Assembly: GCA_028275885.1 (NCBI GenBank)
Contig: JAPWTW010000001.1
Coordinates: 1-32,000, forward strand
Reading direction: 5' to 3'
Origin: Candidatus Nanopusillus sp.
Lineage (GTDB): Archaea; Nanobdellota; Nanobdellia; Nanobdellales; Nanobdellaceae
Length of the DNA: 32,000 nt
The notes under the pieces are model-generated. The model saw only the letters and a list, made by a program, of their open reading frames with translations. It did not search any database and was not told where the DNA came from. A program made the translations under genes and the position numbers. This document shows, one piece after another, positions 15,097 through 22,086 of the stretch. Positions within the stretch are counted from its first letter, which is position 1, and each line of letters begins with the position of its first letter.

Positions 15097-16515
15097 TTAT
15101 ACTTGATCTTGTATATATTTTTTGCCATTTCTTTTAAATTCATTTGCTTTATATATTTCTCTTCCAACATATATTGAATGATCATATAACGTAAAAAATG
15201 GTAGCCCCTTTAATTTTTCATATATATCATTAATATTTTCTGATCCAAATTTAAAATCTAAAATTGTATTATCATAACTTCTATGCTCTATAAATGTTTT
15301 ATCACCTTCATTATATATTATAAAATTACCTTTTGGATCTGGTACAAAAGATTTTATCCTATATCCATATTTTTCTAATACCTTTTCCATATATGGAAAA
15401 TCATGTTCATATATATGTGCAGATGATGAAATTGTTGTAACAATTCCTAGTTCATATCCTTTGTTTGTTCTTTTATTTATTTCATTAACAATATATTCTC
15501 CAATCCTAATTAATGCATACATATTTAATGGCCATCCTCTAAACATATCATTACTCCTTATATATTCTGTAAGGTTTAGATATTTCCCTTGAATTATTCC
15601 TTCTATAGATATAACACATGGTGGATCATTTGAATATATATCTATATTTGGATTCCATGTAATCATAATTGCTCTCCTTGTTTCTGGATTTTTTGATAAT
15701 TTATTTATCATATATTGTAATTGATTTATATTATTATAATTTAGAAATCTTTCTCCATATGTATAATCAATACCTTCAGGTTTTTTATCAATAAAATATC
15801 CATCTAAATGTTTTTCAAATTCTTCCAATTTAATAAATTCATCAAATTCTTTTTCTAATTCATATTTTCTTCCATACAATCCTAAACTAACAATTATATT
15901 TAATCTTTCCAGTTGTTTTTCATTATATTCAGAACCCTTTAAAATTCCAAACATTTTAATTTCTGTTAATATTTTTATCCATGCATTAAATAAAGATTCT
16001 TCGTATATAAATGATGGAGGTAATGAAATAATATAACCATAATCTTTCTTTACATCTTCTTTTATTTCAATATTTATTTTTCTTCTAAATATATTATTCG
16101 GTTTATAATTATTATCAATTATTTCTTCTATTTTATTTATATTTTTATTCCAAAAATCTTTTCTCATATCTATTACACTCGTAGTATTTAAAATTTCCTT
16201 TATTTCATCATAATCTAAATTTATATTATATCTCTTTAGAGTTTCTTCATCCTTATTATTAAATATATTTAATAAAGCTTGACCTGATTGCGTTAAATCT
16301 GGTCCATATATAATTATTTTATTTATCTGTGGATTTTCTCCCAATGTATGAATTAAATATTTTATTCCATTAATTGTGTATAATGTACCAATTATATTTA
16401 CTTTGTTTTTAATATTTTCAGGTAATAAGTTAAATATAAAATCTTTTTTTGCCCATAATGTTGCTATAGAAATATTGCTTTTTGGATTTACAATTAAAAT
16501 ATCCTTTTCTAACAT
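15097..16515 (-). CDS. thyA: Thymidylate synthase (ThyA, archaeal type) with extra N- and C-terminal domains
   Basis: The core carries 'TRRAIMITWNPNIDIYSNDPPCVISIEG' (catalytic Cys), 'RSNDMFRGWPLNMYAL' and 'SSAHIYEHD'. The protein is 472 aa. The N-terminal 150 aa or so look MtrA-like and the C-terminal 85 aa or so look DUF4346-like (see findings). Confidence 0.85.
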   Translation of the reverse strand: MLEKDILIVNPKSNISIATLWAKKDFIFNLLPENIKNKVNIIGTLYTINGIKYLIHTLGENPQINKIIIYGPDLTQSGQALLNIFNNKDEETLKRYNINLDYDEIKEILNTTSVIDMRKDFWNKNINKIEEIIDNNYKPNNIFRRKINIEIKEDVKKDYGYIISLPPSFIYEESLFNAWIKILTEIKMFGILKGSEYNEKQLERLNIIVSLGLYGRKYELEKEFDEFIKLEEFEKHLDGYFIDKKPEGIDYTYGERFLNYNNINQLQYMINKLSKNPETRRAIMITWNPNIDIYSNDPPCVISIEGIIQGKYLNLTEYIRSNDMFRGWPLNMYALIRIGEYIVNEINKRTNKGYELGIVTTISSSAHIYEHDFPYMEKVLEKYGYRIKSFVPDPKGNFIIYNEGDKTFIEHRSYDNTILDFKFGSENINDIYEKLKGLPFFTLYDHSIYVGREIYKANEFKRNGKKYIQDQV

Positions 16516-16546
16516 ATAGGTAATTTTTAATTTTTTCTTATAAGTT

Positions 16547-18100
16547 TTATTTTTTCTCTAATATTCCTAAATATAATAAATTTTTTACATTCTTTTTGCT
16601 CATTTTATAGCTTCTATATTGTAAATATAATATAAATAATATTGAAATTATCCAAATATAAATGGAAAGATATCCAAATGTTATACCTACTAAAAATGGT
16701 AAAATATTATGAGAATTTATATGTTGTAACCAAGATGAATATGCATAATAAAGGAAATATATATTTATTAATAAAAATATTGCATATACTGTTATTGAAT
16801 AATAATCAAAATTATACTTTCTTATTGTTTTAATAGTAACTATCCATTTATTATCCAAACCAATCAACAATCTTCTTAAATAATAAGATATTGTTAATGC
16901 AGAAATGCCCCAACCAATCAATAATGCTAAAAAAGAGTCTAGAATACTTGCCTTATTGTATATTCTTTTTTCAACTATATAATATTCTGTTATAAATATT
17001 GATATTATATAAATTTGTGAGAAATAAAAGAATGGTGCTATATAATACCATGAGGGAGATGATAAACTGAATAGAATAATAATTATATTAATTAATATTA
17101 ATATAAGAGAAATTAATGGTAAAAATAAAGCTGTAAACATATGGATGAAACTTGTTTTTTGTTTAAATTTCAGATTCTTATTAAATAATATTTTCCAGAA
17201 ATTCGAAATAATTACATCAAATGTATCCATTTGCCATCTTCTTATTGTTTTTAATGTCATATTAAAATTTGGAGGTAAATTCTGTCCATATTCAACCCAA
17301 TCCCTTATATATATCCCCCTAAAACCATTTAAATATAATCTAATTGTTAATGAAGCGTCTTCAGTTAAATGTGGTGTAAATTTTTCAGCCTTTTTATAAT
17401 CTTTCAATCTTAAAACCCCACAAGAACCATGAACCATAGATATATCATCTAAAATATTTTTCATTGGTAAATAAAATTCGAAAAACGTATCTACATAAAT
17501 CCCAACAATTTTATGAAAATAATCTACAGGAACAGTCCTTCTATTCCAATATACAAAAGATAAATCCTTATTCGATTCTAGAATACATACTGCCTTATAT
17601 AAATATTCAATTGTAACGGTCCATTCAAAATCATAAACAGAAAAAATACTTTATATTATATTTTCTTTCTAAATAATCTATTAGATCATCTAAGGCAGCT
17701 CCCTTTCTTTTTATACCATTTAATCTAAAAAAATATTTTATTTTATCTAAATCATATATTAAATATTTTTCGTCATAATATTTCTTTGAACAATTTTTTT
17801 CTAAATATTCTACTAATTTTTTTCTTTATCTAATTCTGTATCATCTAAAAATATAAAATATATAGTCAAATTTTTATATACATTATTTATGTTTTTCAAA
17901 TATTCAATCTTTTTTATTAAAACATCCTCTTCTTCATTTTTTACTGGAAATATTACAAATAAATTTTCTTTATTTTTTAAATCTTTATATTTTGGGATTT
18001 TTATTTTTCTGTCTATATTTATTAAATATCTTAGATCGAATATTGATACTATTAATATATTTAGTAATAATAAAAGAGAAGAAATAAATAATAGATCCAT
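16547..18100 (-). pseudogene. Family 2 glycosyltransferase (processive CesA/chitin-synthase-like, polytopic) interrupted by two frameshifts
   Basis: There are three collinear pieces. Piece 1 (18100..17813) has a TM helix plus 'LFVIFPVKNEEED...IYFIFLDD'. Piece 2 (17813..17631, another frame) reads '...RLNGIKRKGAALDDLIDYLERK...'. Piece 3 runs from about 17645 to 16547 and reads 'SVYDFEW...HGSCGVLRL...TEDASLTIRL...IRRWQMD' followed by about 6 TM helices. The frame changes fall at A7 (17817-17823, minus-strand sense) and T6 (17641-17646, minus-strand sense). Confidence 0.8.
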
Positions 18101-18101
18101 T

Positions 18102-18476
18102 TTAATATAAAGGACTTTGGATTATTATGGGCAGTAAATAATTAGAACTTGCATATATAGAAGGGTAATTAATTATAGAATATAATATTGCAAATACTAA
18201 GATTGCTGAAATTATAAATATAATAACGGCAGATGCTGGTAATTCAAATATAGAATATAAAGCTATTCCAATTAGTAATATCATGAGAAAGATAAATAAT
18301 AATATTAAATTTGTTAATGATGGTGACATTAGCAATCCAAACAATATTAATAGCATAAGTGCTAATATTAATATTGATTTTCTATCTACTAATTTATAGG
18401 TTAATGTTCCTATGATTAAACCAGCTAAAAATGAGTTAATTATTACCAATATAAACATAAGTGTTTCTGGATCCAT
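18102..18476 (-). CDS. Small polytopic membrane protein (124 aa, about 4 TM helices), unknown function
   Basis: Almost entirely hydrophobic helices. Its stop lies 1 nt before the GT2 start codon, so the two genes are probably co-transcribed. Confidence 0.6.
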   Translation of the reverse strand: MDPETLMFILVIINSFLAGLIIGTLTYKLVDRKSILILALMLLILFGLLMSPSLTNLILLFIFLMILLIGIALYSIFELPASAVIIFIISAILVFAILYSIINYPSIYASSNYLLPIIIQSPLY

Positions 18477-18542
18477 ATTGTAAAATATTGAAGAAAACTT
18501 TATAAAGATTGCCTATACCATAGTTACTAGAAAAATACAAAA

Positions 18543-19907
18543 TTATTTTTCCTCTTTTATAGATTTAAATAATTCTCCGAAGAATCTATCTCTAATTGGT
18601 TCATATACTTTTTTATAAAATTTTTGTTGATCTAAAAGAACTTCTTTTGGAAACTTTTTTATATATTCTATTGCGAAGTTCCATGCAATATTATAATCAA
18701 CTATACTATTTATTTTATCAGTTATCTCTTTATCATAATCTTCTGGTGTTTGATCTTTATCTCCTATATGAAAATATCCCGTATTTTTATTATATGGTGC
18801 TTCTTCATTTCCGATCTTTACTAATTCTATTTCTTTATTTTCATCTTTTTTAAAATATGGATGAAATATTTTTCCTTTACTTCTTTTATATATTGGTCTA
18901 TAATATTTTGCCCATGCATAAAATATTGCTCTATTTAATCCAAAGCTCTTCGCTTTATTTATATCATTATATAATATATAATATCTTGCTGCTTGTAATA
19001 ATCCCATAACTTGAAATCTTCCAACATTTCCCAAATTTTCTCTTTTTATTGATACTTTTTCCTGTCTCAATGTACTTTTATTTAAATAATTTACAATATA
19101 ATTTTTTGTTTCTTTTATAGATATTTCTGCCAAATAATCCCCTTCTCCAGGTTCATACTCTCTCCATTTTTCACTATGTTTAAAGTTTTTATAATTTGCC
19201 CATGATAAATCAAAATTTTGGATATCATTTGGTTTAAATACTACACATACATAATCTAAAAATCTATGAAATGATAAAGGTACTGTAAATACCCTCTGTA
19301 TATCTATTTTATTTTCAACTTTAAATTCTCTAGATTTTCCTTTTGCTTTTGATATTTCCTTTTCTAAATCATCCTTTGCGCTTTTTAATATAAACTCTAC
19401 AATTGCAAATGCTATATTTAATGGATGGTATTTATTTAATATATTTTCTGAAAATGCTTTTTCATTAATATGTATATGTATTCCTCTTCCACTCCATTTT
19501 AAATATATAGATTTATATATTTTATATTTTTCTAGATATGAAACAATTATTTCTGCAACATTTTTTATTATATCAAAATCTTCTAATGTTCCATCAATAT
19601 CAAAAATTGGTGTTACATATTTTATATTATTTATATCTTTTAATTTATCTTCAGAAATTTGATTATATAAATTTATTGTTGCATAAATTGTTCTAAATTT
19701 TAAATAAGAAAATTTTGTAAATAAAGATTTATATTCATCTTCATTTTCAATTTTTAGTGGCCTTTTATCTTTATCATATCTTATAAATATTCTTTGATCC
19801 AATCTGTTTGTTTCTAAAGCAATCCATCTATTTTTTGAATAATCAATAATCTCTTTTATAACATATTTGTTCATGTAGTAATTTTTTATTTCAGTCCATT
19901 CTATCAT
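18543..19907 (-). CDS. priS: Archaeo-eukaryotic primase small-subunit-like protein (PriS) with an additional C-terminal helical domain
   Basis: AEP motifs are motif I 'VTPIFDIDG', motif II 'LKWSGRGIHIHI' and motif III 'KIDIQRVFTVPLSFH'. The upstream 'RTIYATINLY' resembles the PriS core. 454 aa. Confidence 0.7.
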   Translation of the reverse strand: MIEWTEIKNYYMNKYVIKEIIDYSKNRWIALETNRLDQRIFIRYDKDKRPLKIENEDEYKSLFTKFSYLKFRTIYATINLYNQISEDKLKDINNIKYVTPIFDIDGTLEDFDIIKNVAEIIVSYLEKYKIYKSIYLKWSGRGIHIHINEKAFSENILNKYHPLNIAFAIVEFILKSAKDDLEKEISKAKGKSREFKVENKIDIQRVFTVPLSFHRFLDYVCVVFKPNDIQNFDLSWANYKNFKHSEKWREYEPGEGDYLAEISIKETKNYIVNYLNKSTLRQEKVSIKRENLGNVGRFQVMGLLQAARYYILYNDINKAKSFGLNRAIFYAWAKYYRPIYKRSKGKIFHPYFKKDENKEIELVKIGNEEAPYNKNTGYFHIGDKDQTPEDYDKEITDKINSIVDYNIAWNFAIEYIKKFPKEVLLDQQKFYKKVYEPIRDRFFGELFKSIKEEK

Positions 19908-19986
19908 AATAATTTAGTAAAATTTTGATAATATATATTTTAAGTAATGTTGTCTAAAGAATATTCATTAAAAAATAATTACTAAA

Positions 19987-21204
19987 TTAGATTATATTTA
20001 TTGAGCTCTTTCTATTTATTGTAACCGATCCACCATTAATTGTTATAGAACCTTCTCCATTTATATTTATTGTTTTATTAATCATATTATTTAATTCGTT
20101 TTCTACATCTTCTTCTATTTCTCTTTTAAAGTGTTCCATATGTTTTTTGACAAATTCTTCTTCACTATGTTCTCCTATATTTCTTATTATTTTCCAATTA
20201 TAATTTTCTAATAGATATTGTGTATCTAATAGTGCAGTTATGTTTCCATTCATAACTTCTTGCATTGTTAATATCAATGTTTGATTCAATTGTGGTAGTA
20301 TATTGCATATTGGCAATTGATTATTTGTATAATTACATAATAGTTCAAATTTATCTAATAATAAAAGTTGGCGTTCTAATAATCTATTAATACGTTTTTC
20401 TACAATTTCAGTTAAATTTAATGCATTTTTTCTATACATTTTGTAATCATTTTCAATTTCTTGTTTTAATTTTTCCCTTTCTTGTGCTATATTTACATTA
20501 TTATTTACGACCATTGGTACTATACAAATATCTTTAACCTTTCCGATGAATATTTCTCTAATCTCATGCCAAAAAGTATTTGGTGTTATATTTACATATA
20601 TATGACCTACACAATATAATGGTGGTCTATTAGTACTATATATTTCATAAGATATGTTTAAAGAATTTAGTTGGGCTGTTATATTTCCTAAAGAAGAGCT
20701 TGCTCCAGTAAATATAACTACATTGGTTGTATTTAATTTTTTCAATGCATACAATGTACTTTCAGGCAATACACCATTTGGTACGATTAATATTGGCACA
20801 CCATTTTCTTCAGCATATTGAACGGCATTAGTAACTAGGGGTAATTTATCAGGACTTATATGTTCATTAACCAAGTCTCTTGTAATTAATACTGCACTAT
20901 TGGAACTATTCCAGAAATATAATGCTACGTATGCAGAAGTATCATATCTTCTTGTTCCCCATATCCATAAATAACTTATATTTGATTGATTTAGATTTTG
21001 TAATAATAAATTTGATATTACTGCAGGCCCTCCTATTATTATTACATTTGTTACATTATCATTTATTAACATTTGTACTGTGTTACTAATATTTACAGGA
21101 TCTTGATATACTGTATATACTGGTAACTTGTATATATGTCCTACTACGCTCGCTACTAAATAGTCCGCATATGTTATATTCGTAACTAAAAGTGCTGTAA
21201 TCAT
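19987..21204 (-). CDS. Putative surface glycoprotein: two CWB2-like repeats, a coiled coil and a C-terminal I-T-I-N-G beta repeat; no signal peptide
   Basis: 'YADYLVASVVGHIYKLPVYTV...VTNVIIIGGPAVISNLLLQNL' and 'YDTSAYVALYF...AVLITRD...GVPILIVPNG...TTNVVIFTGASSS' resemble putative cell-wall-binding repeat 2. There are 15 N-x-S/T sequons in 405 aa. Lys content is low compared with neighbouring proteins. Confidence 0.5.
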   Translation of the reverse strand: MITALLVTNITYADYLVASVVGHIYKLPVYTVYQDPVNISNTVQMLINDNVTNVIIIGGPAVISNLLLQNLNQSNISYLWIWGTRRYDTSAYVALYFWNSSNSAVLITRDLVNEHISPDKLPLVTNAVQYAEENGVPILIVPNGVLPESTLYALKKLNTTNVVIFTGASSSLGNITAQLNSLNISYEIYSTNRPPLYCVGHIYVNITPNTFWHEIREIFIGKVKDICIVPMVVNNNVNIAQEREKLKQEIENDYKMYRKNALNLTEIVEKRINRLLERQLLLLDKFELLCNYTNNQLPICNILPQLNQTLILTMQEVMNGNITALLDTQYLLENYNWKIIRNIGEHSEEEFVKKHMEHFKREIEEDVENELNNMINKTININGEGSITINGGSVTINRKSSINII

Positions 21205-21228
21205 AAATATAAATTAATAGTAAATAAT

Positions 21229-22086
21229 TTAAATATTATTTAATATTTTTTCATAAACTTCTTTCTCATTATTAAAGATAAATCCTGCAGCATATTTATG
21301 ACCACTACCATTAAGTAATTTTGCTATTTCACTTACATCTTTATTATTTAATGTTCTTATTTCCCCTCTTTTAGATTTCTCATATAATGTTATTACAAAA
21401 TCTGGATTATCTCTTATTTTTTCTTTTATATATTCTAAAATATAGTTCGATGGTATGTTTTTATCCAAATTTACTATATAAATCTTATATTTCTTGTTTA
21501 TTATTGTTATATTTTTATCCAAGTCTTTATATATTTCATCTAATTCTTTCCTAAATCTTTTTATAATATTATAGTCAATTATTTCTTTAATATCTTTATT
21601 TAATAAATTTTTTGCTATTGATATAAAATATAGATCATATGATTTTGGATAAAAATATCTTATTGATACTATATAATCTACAAAATCTCTTTCTATATCA
21701 TTCTTTATTTCTCCAGAATCTATATCATCAACAATATCTAAATATTTAAATTCAACATTTAGATATTCTGATAAAACTCTTGCAGCAGATTTATAATTTT
21801 TTATATAAATATTTACCCTTGATGTAATTTCATTAAAATTTTTTTCATGATGATCTATCCAATAAACTTTTTTAAAATATGAAGATAAATATATTGCTTC
21901 CTGATTTGTTGCAATATCTGTAATATATAATTCTTCTTCTTTATCATTATTTTCTATTACCTTTATTAATGTATTATTTATTAATCTTGGGCTTGAAAAG
22001 TAAACTTTAAATTTATCGCCAAATTTTTTATATAATATTGATAGACATGCTATTCCATCTGCATCCCAGTGCGTAATTGCAATCAC
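21229..22086 (-). CDS. DHH/DHHA1-family phosphoesterase (RecJ/NrnA-like), GTG start
   Basis: Motif I 'ITHWDADGI', motif II 'LYITDIA', motif III 'WIDHHE' and DHHA1 'GSGHKYAAGF'. The GTG start overlaps the Hef stop (GTGA at 22086-22083). Confidence 0.8.
   Translation of the reverse strand: MIAITHWDADGIACLSILYKKFGDKFKVYFSSPRLINNTLIKVIENNDKEEELYITDIATNQEAIYLSSYFKKVYWIDHHEKNFNEITSRVNIYIKNYKSAARVLSEYLNVEFKYLDIVDDIDSGEIKNDIERDFVDYIVSIRYFYPKSYDLYFISIAKNLLNKDIKEIIDYNIIKRFRKELDEIYKDLDKNITIINKKYKIYIVNLDKNIPSNYILEYIKEKIRDNPDFVITLYEKSKRGEIRTLNNKDVSEIAKLLNGSGHKYAAGFIFNNEKEVYEKILNNI

Noticed and set aside
15094-15099. Palindromic back-to-back stop codons TAATTA shared by the convergent 79-aa ORF and thyA
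   Set aside because: This is real in the sequence, but it is most simply a consequence of extreme compaction. There is no evidence of any function beyond that.
15000-15185. 61-aa minus-strand ORF overlapping the 3' ends of the 79-aa ORF and thyA
   Set aside because: It is out of frame with thyA, which has strong motifs through to its own stop at 15097, and its sequence is low-complexity. It is most likely spurious.
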